The notes: generated by a model from the sequence alone, not told the origin. Shown: positions 17,751 through 28,190, numbered from the stretch's first letter. The stretch: DNA of 64,000 bases from Desulfatiglandales bacterium (GCA_963666345.1 OY762721.1:1216001-1280000), one strand, 5' to 3'. Made by a program: numbers and translations.

Positions 17751-19718
17751 ATGCCGGAAACTCCTGCTTTCTATGACGCGCACCTTGATGAGTATAGAAG
17801 GATCGCCTACGTAAAAGGGCAAGATGAATATGAAAGGCTGTACAAAGAATCCATCGAAGATCCTGAAACTTTCTGGGCCGCAGAGGCGAAAAAGTATCTC
17901 AGTTGGGAGAAGAATTGGGACATGGTTCTTGAATACGATCCTGATGAAGCCAGAATCGAATGGTTCAAAGGAGGAGCTTTGAATGCCTCCTATAACTGCC
18001 TTGATCGTCACCTGGATAAATTAAGGGACAAAATCGCATATTACTGGGAAGGAGACGACCCTGCCGACAGAAAGATCATCACCTATGGCGACTTATACAA
18101 GCAGGTCAACAAGATGGCCGCCCTCCTTAAATCAAGGGGCATAGGTAAAGGGGACAGGGTGGTCATGTACATGCCCATGATAACGGAGCTGCCGGTGGCC
18201 ATGCTTGCCTGCTCCAGGATCGGAGCGATCCACAGCGTCGTATTTGCCGGGTTCAGCGCCGAGGCCCTTACCAACCGCATCAGGAACTGCGGGGCAAAGA
18301 TGCTCATCACAGTGGACGGGGGCTTTAGGGCAGGGAAAACGATTCCTCTGAAAGTAACCGTGGACGAGGCCCTCCGCAACTGCCCTGATATTGAAACGGT
18401 TATCCTTGTGGACAGGGCGGGACTTAAGCCCGAGCTTAAAAAAGACCTTGAGATCTGGTGGCACGAAGCTATTGAAGATCCACAACTGCCCGATTATGTG
18501 GAACCTGAGCCGATGGATGCGGAGGACCCGCTTTTCATACTATACACCAGCGGAAGCACCGGGACCCCAAAGGGAGTGGTTCACACCCATGGCGGATATC
18601 TTCTTTACGCCGCCATGACGACACGGATCGTATTTGATCTCAAGGATGACGAGGTCTTCTGGTGCACCGCTGATATAGGATGGGTTACCGGGCACAGCTA
18701 CGCGGTCTACGGACCCCTTACGAACGGACTCACAGGAGTAATTTTTGAGGGAGTTCCGACATACCCGGGCTTTGACCGTTACTGGGACATAGTGTCCAGG
18801 TACAAGGTCGCCAAATTCTACACCGCCCCCACGGTTATACGCTCACTGGCAAAGGAAGGAAGCGAACATGTCAAAAAGCATGACATCTCATCACTCAAAC
18901 TGCTGGGCTCGGTGGGAGAACCTATTAATCCGGAGGCCTGGAGATGGTACTATCACCATGTGGGCAGGGACCGGTGCCCGATTATGGATACATGGTGGCA
19001 GACTGAAACCGGGGGCCACATGTTGACCCCCCTTCCCGGGGTATCGCCCATAAAACCGGGCTCCTGCTCCATGCCTTTTTTCGGCGTGGACCCGGTTATT
19101 CTGGATGATACGGGTCAGGAAACCAGGTTCCCGGACCAGGAAGGGGTTCTGTGCATAAGAAAACCGTGGCCCGGCATAGCACGCACGCTCTACGGTGATC
19201 ATGAGCGGTTCATTGATACCTATTTCAGCCAGGTACCGGGCATGTATTTTTCAGGTGACGGTGCGAAAAAAGATGAGGACGGCTACTTCTGGATAATCGG
19301 AAGAATAGATGACGTGATAAACGTATCGGGTCACCGCCTCGGAACCGCCGAGGTTGAATCCGCCCTGGTACTGCACAACCTTGTGGCCGAGGCGGCCGTG
19401 GTGGGGTTTCCGCATCAGGTAAAAGGCCAGGGAATTTACGCCTTTGTAACGCTCAATTCGGGCGTAACCGAATCGGACGAATTGAAAAAGGAGCTGGTCG
19501 CCCTGGTGCGCAGGGAAATCGGTCCGATTGCAACGATTGATATAATTCAGTGGGCCGACTCTCTTCCCAAGACGAGAAGCGGAAAGATAATGAGACGAAT
19601 CCTTCAAAAGATCGCCGCAGGGAAGGTGGATGAGCTGGGAGACGTATCTACGATTGCCGACCCCTCTGTGGTGGAAACCTTGATGCGGGAGCACCTCGCT
19701 TTAATAGGACAAACCTGA
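17751..19718 (+). CDS. acs: Acetyl-CoA synthetase (AMP-forming)
   Basis: YTSGSTGTPKG, WCTADIGWVTGH, DTWWQTETG, PKTRSGKIMRR; AAGGAGG RBS. Confidence 0.95.
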   Translation: MPETPAFYDAHLDEYRRIAYVKGQDEYERLYKESIEDPETFWAAEAKKYLSWEKNWDMVLEYDPDEARIEWFKGGALNASYNCLDRHLDKLRDKIAYYWEGDDPADRKIITYGDLYKQVNKMAALLKSRGIGKGDRVVMYMPMITELPVAMLACSRIGAIHSVVFAGFSAEALTNRIRNCGAKMLITVDGGFRAGKTIPLKVTVDEALRNCPDIETVILVDRAGLKPELKKDLEIWWHEAIEDPQLPDYVEPEPMDAEDPLFILYTSGSTGTPKGVVHTHGGYLLYAAMTTRIVFDLKDDEVFWCTADIGWVTGHSYAVYGPLTNGLTGVIFEGVPTYPGFDRYWDIVSRYKVAKFYTAPTVIRSLAKEGSEHVKKHDISSLKLLGSVGEPINPEAWRWYYHHVGRDRCPIMDTWWQTETGGHMLTPLPGVSPIKPGSCSMPFFGVDPVILDDTGQETRFPDQEGVLCIRKPWPGIARTLYGDHERFIDTYFSQVPGMYFSGDGAKKDEDGYFWIIGRIDDVINVSGHRLGTAEVESALVLHNLVAEAAVVGFPHQVKGQGIYAFVTLNSGVTESDELKKELVALVRREIGPIATIDIIQWADSLPKTRSGKIMRRILQKIAAGKVDELGDVSTIADPSVVETLMREHLALIGQT

Positions 19719-19737
19719 GACGCGAGTCAAACCAACG

Positions 19738-19760
19738 CCCCGTATTCATAACGGGGTTTT
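19738..19760 (+). terminator. Putative intrinsic terminator after acs
   Basis: CCCCGT-N7-ACGGGG followed by TTTT. Confidence 0.45.
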
Positions 19761-19790
19761 AATCCACGAATTCTTTCAGCCTGACGGACC

Positions 19791-20267
19791 ATGATCTATA
19801 CCGATAAAAAGGGGTTACCTTTTGAGGTGAAGGGTTTCAGTCCTGAGGATCTTAACCGGCTCATGGAAATGTACAGCTGTTTTTCTCCCAAAGGCTCTTT
19901 TCAGGGGATGCCGCCCTGCGATGGGGACGCCTGTTGCCGGTGGGTTGAGGCCCTGATAGAGAGAGGAGAGAACCTTATAGCCGTTCAGGATGAAAAGGTG
20001 ACAGGCCACGCCGTGCTTCTGCCAGACGGCAGACTGGAAGACGCGGAATTCCTGATATTTGTGAGCAGGGCCAAAAGGGGCAGAGGCATGGGCAGCCGGC
20101 TCACCGGCGGGGCGCTTAAGCTGGCAAGGAAACTTGAGATAAAAAAGATCTGGCTCACCGTGGATGCCTACAACTTCAGGGCGACAGGGCTTTACAGGAA
20201 GTATGATTTCAAGTTTTCAGAACAATGCGGATCCATGACTGAAAGACTCATGACACTCATACTTTAA
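19791..20267 (+). CDS. GNAT family N-acetyltransferase
   Basis: AEFLIFV..KRGRGMGS, N..A..LY.K..F. Confidence 0.88.
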   Translation: MIYTDKKGLPFEVKGFSPEDLNRLMEMYSCFSPKGSFQGMPPCDGDACCRWVEALIERGENLIAVQDEKVTGHAVLLPDGRLEDAEFLIFVSRAKRGRGMGSRLTGGALKLARKLEIKKIWLTVDAYNFRATGLYRKYDFKFSEQCGSMTERLMTLIL

Positions 20268-20315
20268 GACAGGGGACCTTCTCCCGCCGGCTAAACGGGA
20301 AATGAATCAAAGACG

Positions 20316-21353
20316 ATGAAGACGGAAAACAGAATAGGAGTCATAAGGGATGCCAGGTATCTGGAACATATGCCGGGGCATATGCATCCCGAACACCCTA
20401 ACCGCATTAAGTCCATTTACAGGATGCTCGATACCGACTTCAGCGACAGGGTCGTTAACATAACCGCTGATGCCGCGACCCTCGAGGATCTTGAGATGGT
20501 TCATACTCCCTCTTACATAAAAAAGGTAATGAAGACCGCGGAGCAAAATTTCACCAGTCTGGCACCCGATACCCCTGCAAGCAGGGGGACCTATCTGGCC
20601 GCATGGCTTGCAGTAGGGGGCTGTCTCAAGGGTCTTGACAAACTGCTTAAAGGAGAATTTCCCTACTGCTTCGCCCTTGTGCGACCGCCCGGGCACCATG
20701 CCCTGCCTGACCGGGCCGGAGGCTTCTGCATCTTCAACAATATCGGCGTTACGGCCCTTCATGCGTTGAAACGCCTGAAAAGAATTCTTATAATCGACTG
20801 GGACATCCATCATGGAAACGGCATTAATCAGCTGTTTTACAAGGATAACCGGGTGCTCTATTTCTCCACCCATGACATGCTTCTATATCCATACACCGGG
20901 GACTGGGATAAAACCGGAACCGGGGATGGAGCGGGATACAGCATCAACATACCCATACCCAGGGATCTTACGGACGCCGATTTCCTGTACCTGTACAGCA
21001 GTATCCTGGGGCCTGTCTATTCCCGCTTCAGGCCTCAACTCGTCCTTGTTGCAGCAGGATTTGATTCAATCAGAAACGACCCTATCGGCAGGTCCCGACT
21101 CACACCCGGGGTCTTCAGAGATCTAACCGGGGTTTTAATGGGCATGGGTGAAGGCGTGGGCTCCCCCCCTGTCCTTTTTGTGCTCGAAGGCGGCTATGAT
21201 CCAAGGATACTTTCAAGCGCGGTAAAGGAGGTCCTTCTTGCCCTTGACGGGGGGGCGGACAACGGAAGCGATATTCATGAAACAGGCAGGGCAAGGCAAC
21301 TGATCGAAAGGACGGAGGCCATCCACTCCCCCCATGGGGTGTGGATATCTTGA
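20316..21353 (+). CDS. Zn-dependent deacetylase (HDAC/AcuC family)
   Basis: HPEHPNR, RPPGHHA, GFCIFNN, DWDIHHGNG, AGFD, LEGGY. Confidence 0.93.
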   Translation: MKTENRIGVIRDARYLEHMPGHMHPEHPNRIKSIYRMLDTDFSDRVVNITADAATLEDLEMVHTPSYIKKVMKTAEQNFTSLAPDTPASRGTYLAAWLAVGGCLKGLDKLLKGEFPYCFALVRPPGHHALPDRAGGFCIFNNIGVTALHALKRLKRILIIDWDIHHGNGINQLFYKDNRVLYFSTHDMLLYPYTGDWDKTGTGDGAGYSINIPIPRDLTDADFLYLYSSILGPVYSRFRPQLVLVAAGFDSIRNDPIGRSRLTPGVFRDLTGVLMGMGEGVGSPPVLFVLEGGYDPRILSSAVKEVLLALDGGADNGSDIHETGRARQLIERTEAIHSPHGVWIS

Positions 21354-21393
21354 GACCGAACCGATTTTATTATGCATGTTTTGCGGATGGGCT

Positions 21394-23115
21394 ATGATAA
21401 AGGCAAGGATAAAGGCTGAAAATTCAAAGGCCAATATAGGTTCATACAAAGAGACATACCGGTCATTTTCATGGGATGATATCTACAAGGAATTCACCTG
21501 GCATGAGACCGGACTTGTCAATATCGCCTACGAGGCAGTGGACCGCTGGGCCGAAGATCCTGAAAAGGCGGACAAGGAGGCACTTGTCTTTGAAAAGGGA
21601 TCCGAGAGGGTGGCATTCACCTATTCGGAGCTTAAGGAACAATCGGCCGTATGGGCAGGTCTGCTTTGCGATAAGGGGTTCAAGCAAGGTGACAGGCTGC
21701 TCATCTTTCTGGTGCCCTGCCCTGAAATCTATCTGGCGATTCTCGCCTGCGCCAGGCTGGGTGTAATATTTTGTCCCCTTTATTCAAGCATGGGCTTTGA
21801 CGAACTGGAGGACCGGATATCCAATGCCGACCCGCTCGGCATACTTACTCAACCGGATCTGGCTGAAAACCTCCCGACAGAGGTCATGGGTAACGTCAGA
21901 CATACCTTATACACGCAGGGACCTCTTCCGGGGCTGTTTAACGGGGAGGACCTGGTCTCAGACGGCCTGCGGCAGGTAAGAGGCGGAGGTGATATCAAAT
22001 GGCTTTCTCTTGACTCCCCGCTCTATCTCATCCACACCTCGGGATCCACAGGACCGCCCAAGGGAGTCCTTCACTGTCACGGTGATATGTCAAGTCATCT
22101 TATCTCCGCACGCTATGCCCTTGACGTCACTCAGGATACCGTGCTATGGACCGACGGCAACCCTGCCTGGATAACAGGGACCGTCTACAGCACCTTCGCC
22201 CCCTGGCTCTGCTGCGCGACCTCGGTGGTTCAGGGAGCACCTTTTACGGCATCCAACTGGTACAGGACACTTGAAACCAGCAGGGTAACCGTATGGTACA
22301 CGACCCCGATGACGGTCGGAAAATTGATGGAAGCGGGTGAAGACCTCCCAACCAGGTATGACTGCTCCAATCTGAAACATATAGCCACCGTAGGCGAGGC
22401 CCTGGTGCCGGAGCTTTTCTACTGGTTGAAAAAGAATCTCAAACACTCGCCCCACGACACCTGGTGGATGAGTGAATCCGGAAGCATCTGCATCTCCAAC
22501 TTTCCCTCAATGGACATCAAACCAGGATCCATGGGCAGGCCCCTGCCGGGGATAGAAGCGGACATAGTAGATGAGGAAGGCAACAGGCTTCCCCTCCTGA
22601 CCATGGGCCAGCTGGCACTAAAGACCCCCTGGCCTTCGCTTATGAAGACGATATGGCGGGAGGACCTGAGGTACCAGGCCTATTTCACAAAAACAGGCTG
22701 GTTTCTGACCGGAGACATGGCACTCAAGGATGAACAGGGCTATTTCTACCACCAGGGAAGGATGGACGACCTGATAAAGGTTGGAGACAAGCTTCTAGGT
22801 CCCTATGAGATCGAGCACATCCTCTGCCAGCACCCTTCGGTTCTGGAGGCGGCCGTTATATCCAAAAGCGCCGAACAATCGTCTCCCCACCTGAAGGCGT
22901 TTATAACCCTTCAAAGAGGAAACGTGCCTTCGAGCAGAATGAGCCAGGAAATAAAGGCCTTTGTAAAGGCAAATCTATCACCTGACACACCCCTTAAAGA
23001 GGTCGAGTTTTGTGAAAGGCTTCCCAAGACCAACGCGGGAAAACTTCTGCGAAGGGTACTCAGGGCCAGAGAGCTCGGCCTGCCCGGTGGCGATCCCACT
23101 CTTATGAAAGGCTGA
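21394..23115 (+). CDS. Second acetate/short-chain acyl-CoA ligase (AMP-forming)
   Basis: HTSGSTGPPKG, DTWWMSESG, TGD, GRMDD, PKTNAGKLLRR. Confidence 0.88.
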   Translation: MIKARIKAENSKANIGSYKETYRSFSWDDIYKEFTWHETGLVNIAYEAVDRWAEDPEKADKEALVFEKGSERVAFTYSELKEQSAVWAGLLCDKGFKQGDRLLIFLVPCPEIYLAILACARLGVIFCPLYSSMGFDELEDRISNADPLGILTQPDLAENLPTEVMGNVRHTLYTQGPLPGLFNGEDLVSDGLRQVRGGGDIKWLSLDSPLYLIHTSGSTGPPKGVLHCHGDMSSHLISARYALDVTQDTVLWTDGNPAWITGTVYSTFAPWLCCATSVVQGAPFTASNWYRTLETSRVTVWYTTPMTVGKLMEAGEDLPTRYDCSNLKHIATVGEALVPELFYWLKKNLKHSPHDTWWMSESGSICISNFPSMDIKPGSMGRPLPGIEADIVDEEGNRLPLLTMGQLALKTPWPSLMKTIWREDLRYQAYFTKTGWFLTGDMALKDEQGYFYHQGRMDDLIKVGDKLLGPYEIEHILCQHPSVLEAAVISKSAEQSSPHLKAFITLQRGNVPSSRMSQEIKAFVKANLSPDTPLKEVEFCERLPKTNAGKLLRRVLRARELGLPGGDPTLMKG

Positions 23116-23230
23116 AAGGATCCTCCGTTTTTCAGACCCTTCAATCCCTCCTGCCCCAGCAAGTCTTTGCCTTTTTTTTATTAATCAGGTAGTCCCCATC
23201 CGGAAATGGATCATTCCCGGATGTTGCTTT

Positions 23231-23310
23231 CAGCAGTCAGCTGTCAGTAAGTAGCCAGCAAGTTGATATTCCAAATGTTTTACTGACAGCTGAGAGCTGA
23301 TTGCTGATAG
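23231..23310. repeat. Heptamer-based inverted repeat hairpin
   Basis: TCAGCTGTCAGTAA (23237-23250) and TTACTGACAGCTGA (23280-23293) are a perfect inverted repeat, embedded in CAGC/GCTGA-type 7-mer iterations. Confidence 0.75.
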
Positions 23311-23428
23311 CGTGAGTCCATAAATCTTGATTTATGGATGAACACCAGGTAAAATTTTTCAGTCGTGGAAATACCTTCTGAAAGGCATTTTATTCAAAAA
23401 AACCGGTATCCGGAAAAGGAGGAGTAAA

Positions 23429-23713
23429 ATGGCCAAAATCCTGATAAGAAGGAAAATCCCTCCGGACGCAGAGGGCGCTGTTATGGATCTCCTGAACGGA
23501 ATGAGATCCCTTGCGGTCGTGCAGCCGGGATACGTGCACGGTGAGACCCTTAAAAGGGTCGACCAGGCCGGAGAGATCCTGGTGATAAGCACCTGGCGCT
23601 CCATAAACGACTGGGATGATTGGATCAACAACCCCCAAAGGCTTGAAATACAGGAAAAGGTGGATTTTCTTCTCGGAGAAAAAACCGAATACGAAATCTA
23701 TGATTATCGCTGA
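23429..23713 (+). CDS. Antibiotic biosynthesis monooxygenase (ABM) family protein
   Basis: QPGYVHGETL...VISTWRS..DW..W; AGGAGGAG RBS. Confidence 0.8.
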   Translation: MAKILIRRKIPPDAEGAVMDLLNGMRSLAVVQPGYVHGETLKRVDQAGEILVISTWRSINDWDDWINNPQRLEIQEKVDFLLGEKTEYEIYDYR

Positions 23714-23849
23714 ATCCGATTTGGAGCGTTATTGCAAAAGCCGTTTTCATGCCGGGTCATCCGACTGAAGAGGTTCGACGCAGATCTGTTCCAGGGACTC
23801 GTTTGCTTGACGAAAGCAGGTATCTTTTCATAAGGCGGAGGAATCTGAT

Positions 23850-25727
23850 TTGGGCTTGAAGCACAAGCTGGTAACCCCTGACAAAATCATGACTAAAATC
23901 AAACCGGGGATGAGTATCTTTCTCAGCACAGGCGTAGCTGAACCCCGCACCCTGCTCAAAAGTCTCAAGGCATCCGAGTCACGAAACCTGCAGGATCTTG
24001 AATTGATTCAGCTTGTAAGCCTTGGAAGCGCACTTTCCTTTGAGGAACGCTATTCCAATAAATTCCGGTTAAAGACATTCTTTTCCGGCTGGATCGCCAG
24101 TGAAGCCATACTTGCCGGAAAGGTGGATTTCATTCCTGCCAGGTTTTCAAAGATCCCTCAGCTCATAGAGTCAGGGTCAATAAGGATCGACGTCGCCTTC
24201 ATTCAGATCACCCCTCCGAATGAAAACGGTTATTCAAGCCTGGGACTTGCCGTGGATGTGGCAAGAAAGGCAATGGAAAAGGCATCTATCGTGGTAGGGG
24301 AGATAAATAAGGATGTCCCCATGACTTTGGGGGACACCTTTGTCCACATGGATGAGTTTCACTATCTGGTCGAGGGCGAGGAACCGCCTCTATATTTTCC
24401 CCGATTTCATGTGGATGAGACATTTGACAGGATTGGTGCCAATGTCGCATCCCTGATCGAGGACGGAAGCTGCATCGCCTTTTCCGTGGGGATGCTCTTT
24501 GAGGCCCTTGCCCGGCACCTTGCAAGAAAAAAGGACCTCGGCATTCACACCCCGCTTTTCACAGACCCATTGATGGACCTGATGAAAAGCGGCGTCGTAA
24601 CGAACAGGAAAAAGGGGTCATTCAGGGGCAAAAGCGTGGCAGCCTACGCAGTAGGCACAAAAGAACTCATGAGATGGCTCCACAACAACCCTCTGGTGGA
24701 ATTTCAGGGCATTGACATCGTAGCCGATCCAAAGCGGATAGGCTTAAACGACCGTTTCATCATGGTCCTTCCGGCAAGAAAACTGGACCTCACAGGGGGC
24801 ATCGCCCTGCACAGCGGAAAGGGCAATGTGGTTGCCGGGCCTAGTGAGGCCCAGGAATTCTTCACAGGTGTAAACTTTTCCAAAAAGGGGCATGTAATAT
24901 TTGCGCTTCCCAGCCGAAACCTGAACGGCGAATCCAACATACTCCTTTCTGTCGAGGACTACCCAAATCAGCTCTACATACCCGAATCCCTTGACCTCGT
25001 GGTAACCGAATACGGAACCGCCTCTCTGACCGGGCGGACAATGAGAGAAAGGGCGCTTGCCCTCATAGATATCGCCCACCCCGATGACAGAGAAAAACTT
25101 GTGCGCCTTGCCAAGGAAAATAATATCGTCTTCCGCCATCAGAGCTACCTTGCCGATTCAGGCCGCATGTACCCTGCTGAGCTTTCCTGCACAAAGACAT
25201 TCAAAGACGGCCTCACAATAAGGTTCAGGGCCATAAAACCTTCCGATGTCGAGGAAATGCGAAGACTCTTTTACAGGTTTTCAGACAAGGCGGTATATTA
25301 CAGATATTTTTCACCCATCAAGACGATGCCCCATGCCAAGATGCAGGAGTATGTAAACATCGATTACAATCAAAGCATGTCCATGGTGGGCCTTGCAGGT
25401 GAGATGGATGAGGAACGAATAATTGCGGAGGCAAGATACGTTCGCTTCACAGACAGGCCGAAGGCCGATGTGGCATTCGTAGTAGATGAGCAGTATCAGG
25501 GAAAAGGCATAGCCTCCTTTATGTTCGATATGCTTATGGGGATTTCACGGGAACGTGGAATCAAAGGTTTTGAAGCGGATGTACTGGCGAACAACACGGC
25601 AATGATAAAGGTATTCGAAAAATCTCCTTACCCCGTAAAATCTGTTTTGGACAGTGGGATATATGAGATATCAATCCCTTTTTCAGACGAGGTATCTGAT
25701 AGCACCGGACTCCTGGTAAGGGAGTGA
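23850..25727 (+). CDS. Acetyl-CoA hydrolase/transferase-like domain fused to GNAT acetyltransferase (paralog 2)
   Basis: SLGLAVD, IEDGSC, VVTEYG...RERALALIDIAHPDDR; Pat-like GNAT YYRYFS...ADVAFVVDEQYQGKGIA. Confidence 0.9.
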   Translation: MGLKHKLVTPDKIMTKIKPGMSIFLSTGVAEPRTLLKSLKASESRNLQDLELIQLVSLGSALSFEERYSNKFRLKTFFSGWIASEAILAGKVDFIPARFSKIPQLIESGSIRIDVAFIQITPPNENGYSSLGLAVDVARKAMEKASIVVGEINKDVPMTLGDTFVHMDEFHYLVEGEEPPLYFPRFHVDETFDRIGANVASLIEDGSCIAFSVGMLFEALARHLARKKDLGIHTPLFTDPLMDLMKSGVVTNRKKGSFRGKSVAAYAVGTKELMRWLHNNPLVEFQGIDIVADPKRIGLNDRFIMVLPARKLDLTGGIALHSGKGNVVAGPSEAQEFFTGVNFSKKGHVIFALPSRNLNGESNILLSVEDYPNQLYIPESLDLVVTEYGTASLTGRTMRERALALIDIAHPDDREKLVRLAKENNIVFRHQSYLADSGRMYPAELSCTKTFKDGLTIRFRAIKPSDVEEMRRLFYRFSDKAVYYRYFSPIKTMPHAKMQEYVNIDYNQSMSMVGLAGEMDEERIIAEARYVRFTDRPKADVAFVVDEQYQGKGIASFMFDMLMGISRERGIKGFEADVLANNTAMIKVFEKSPYPVKSVLDSGIYEISIPFSDEVSDSTGLLVRE

Positions 25728-25731
25728 AGCT

Positions 25732-26538
25732 ATGTGTCTGATCCTGATAGCGGTCGAAACCAGACCGGAGCTGCCCCTTTTCGTGGCTGCGAATCGAGAC
25801 GAATATTATAAAAGGCCCGCTGAAAAGGCGGGCTTCTGGAAAGACTCCCCTCAAATCCTTGGCGGGAAAGATATGAAAGCTGGGGGCAGTTGGCTCGGGA
25901 TTACGAGAGATGGAAGGATAGCGGCAGTAACAAATTTCCGCGACCCCTCATCAAAAATCACGAATTCCCCGTCCAGGGGGATGCTGGTAAGGGACTTTCT
26001 TCTTGGTAAAGATGAACCGGAAGATTATCTCTCCGGACTGGAAGAGAGGGCGGATGAATTCAACGGTTATAATATCGTTGTAGGCGTAAGACAGAGGCTT
26101 TTCTGGTATTCAAACAGGGGAGGGCCGAAAAGGTTTCTCGGTCCGGGCATCTACGGCATAAGCAACCACCTGATCGACACACCATGGCCCAAGGTGGAAA
26201 AGCTGAAACAGGCCTTTTCCCGGCTGCTTTCAAAAGGGGCTCCGATCGAAAAGGAAGTGGTCTTTGATCTCCTCCACGACCGTTCGACAGCTGAAGACAG
26301 CCTCCTTCCCGACACAGGCGTGGAACTTGAATGGGAGAGGGCTCTCTCAGCCGTCTTTATTGAAAGCCCTGACTATGGAACCCGCTCCTCCACTTTTCTG
26401 ACGCTTGATGCGGCAGACAACCTGGAATTTACGGAACGCAGCTATAACCCCAGGGGTAGAAACGGCCCTGATTCCCATTTTGAACTGGCCCTTAGTCAGC
26501 CTGGCGAAACGCCGGAGGAACCCAGACAATTTTCCTGA
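25732..26538 (+). CDS. NRDE/TANGO2 family protein
   Basis: MCL...ANRDEYY..., GGSWLG, SRG, YGTRSST. Confidence 0.93.
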   Translation: MCLILIAVETRPELPLFVAANRDEYYKRPAEKAGFWKDSPQILGGKDMKAGGSWLGITRDGRIAAVTNFRDPSSKITNSPSRGMLVRDFLLGKDEPEDYLSGLEERADEFNGYNIVVGVRQRLFWYSNRGGPKRFLGPGIYGISNHLIDTPWPKVEKLKQAFSRLLSKGAPIEKEVVFDLLHDRSTAEDSLLPDTGVELEWERALSAVFIESPDYGTRSSTFLTLDAADNLEFTERSYNPRGRNGPDSHFELALSQPGETPEEPRQFS

Positions 26539-26945
26539 TATTCCCTGAGTCCCTTCTTGAGCCAGTCAGGTATCGCCTTTTTGCTGAAACTGTCAAGATC
26601 TATGCACACGGTCACATTGTGACCCTCAACTACGAGGGTTTCAGTATCTCTCAAGGCAAATATTCTGTAGCCCCAGGTAATCGAAGTATTTCCTATCTTA
26701 GGGACCCGCACCTCCACTCCCAGTCTGTCTCCATACCGAAGCGGCCTGTGGAAATCGGTTTCAAGATGTACCGTCGGGAAACCGGTCCGATGTTCAGTGA
26801 TAACCTTTGAATAGTCTATGCCAAGCTGATCTGCGAAAAATTCCTCGAGCGCGACATGGAAATAATGAAGCATGCGTGGGTAATAGGTTATACCAGCATT
26901 GTCGATGTCGCTGAAACACACCTTCAGATTCGCACGAAATACCAT
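26496..26945 (-). CDS. Hot-dog acyl-CoA thioesterase (4HBT/YbgC-like)
   Basis: FSDIDNAGITYYP...FHRPLRYGD. Confidence 0.88.
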   Translation of the reverse strand: MVFRANLKVCFSDIDNAGITYYPRMLHYFHVALEEFFADQLGIDYSKVITEHRTGFPTVHLETDFHRPLRYGDRLGVEVRVPKIGNTSITWGYRIFALRDTETLVVEGHNVTVCIDLDSFSKKAIPDWLKKGLREYQENCLGSSGVSPG

Positions 26946-27305
26946 CCTTTTCTCCTTGATTTATGGTAAACCGGAAGTCACTTCACACTTATCTTGCCTG
27001 AATCATATCAGATCCCGATTATATTTGACCTCCCTTTAAATGAGCATATTAAATGCATTTTCAACAAAATTCACCAAAAGAGATAGAAAAGAGCAGGAAT
27101 AAATGCATATTTTTCTATCACCTAATCTGATTATATGCTATATATTTAGTATGTCATGCAAATGTTTAACTCCTGTTCACGCAAAAAAAGCTGCAAGAGA
27201 TGAGGGCTTATATCTGGGCGGGAGTCTTTAATGCAGACATGAGATTTTTTCAAGGTCAAGGTCTCGGGAAAATCGTGTTGAAAATACCAAGGGAGGGTTT
27301 AAAGT

Positions 27306-27605
27306 ATGTCTCTTTCAAAAATGAGGACCGTGGCTCTAATAACTGCCTGCATCTTCGTTCTTACCAGCTTTGCCGTACCTGTGCTGGCAGGCACTGCGGA
27401 TGACAACGAGATTACAGGTACAACCATTGTGGGAGATGTGCTCTTTGCCAGGCCTTTGGGACTGTTGGCAACTGTCCTCGGCACTACTGTATTTATTCTC
27501 TCAATTCCCTTCAACCCGAACCAGGACAAACAGAAACTCGCAGTCGGGAAGCTGATTGAAGAACCTGCGGCATATACATTCAAGAGACCGCTGGGACAAT
27601 TTTGA
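27306..27605 (+). CDS. Small exported/membrane protein
   Basis: Signal peptide; DVLFARPLGL...PAAYTFKRPLG; GGAGG RBS. Confidence 0.75.
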   Translation: MSLSKMRTVALITACIFVLTSFAVPVLAGTADDNEITGTTIVGDVLFARPLGLLATVLGTTVFILSIPFNPNQDKQKLAVGKLIEEPAAYTFKRPLGQF

Positions 27606-27692
27606 CGGCTTCGTAAAAAACCCGACCGTCCCGGCTTGGGCGGCAGGATTTCGTGATGTGCAGTCTGAATTTCGACTTTTTATGAATGCATC
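27604..27692. repeat. Short element with degenerate terminal inverted repeats (MITE/REP-like)
   Basis: Left end GACGGCTTCGTAAAAAACCCGA versus reverse complement of right end GATGCATTCATAAAAAGTCGA. Confidence 0.5.
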
Positions 27693-28190
27693 GATTTTGC
27701 CCCCCCCTTAAGGCCGGTCAACCATATCGCTAACAGGGCCCCTTTCAGTGCCACTGGTCCGTTTTTCCGGCATATTCTCCTTGACCCTTAGGCATTTCTT
27801 TTCTATATTCCTGTTTTTTTGTTAACAGATAGTTTTTACAGGTATTTTTATGTTTGAAGTCCTTCATGGACCGTTCAAATTGGCCTCAGCATGAACTATC
27901 CTGCCGGAGATCTGCGGGGTCCCAACAGAAAAATCCATACCCCAAGGGGCGGGAAATTTAATTATTTGCCGCCTCCGGCGGATAAAATCCGGTTAATCCC
28001 TATTAATTGACCGCACGGAAATCTTTTCCGGAAAGAAATCCTGCCATATTAGGAATTACACCCGGGAGATGAAAAACGATGCCCTTTCAAGGCACAGAGA
28101 CATTTTTGAATGCAGCCTTAATCTCAAGGAAACGAGAATAGCAGGGGTGGAGATGCTGAAGCAAAAGACAAAGAAAAGCTGGGATACACT

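Noticed and set aside
26496..26538. 43-bp convergent overlap of the NRDE and thioesterase genes
   Set aside because: Short tail-to-tail overlaps are common and involve only non-conserved termini.
27700..28190. Possible riboswitch upstream of the nucleosidase/methyltransferase pair
   Set aside because: No SAM, SAH or other aptamer consensus could be recognised by eye.
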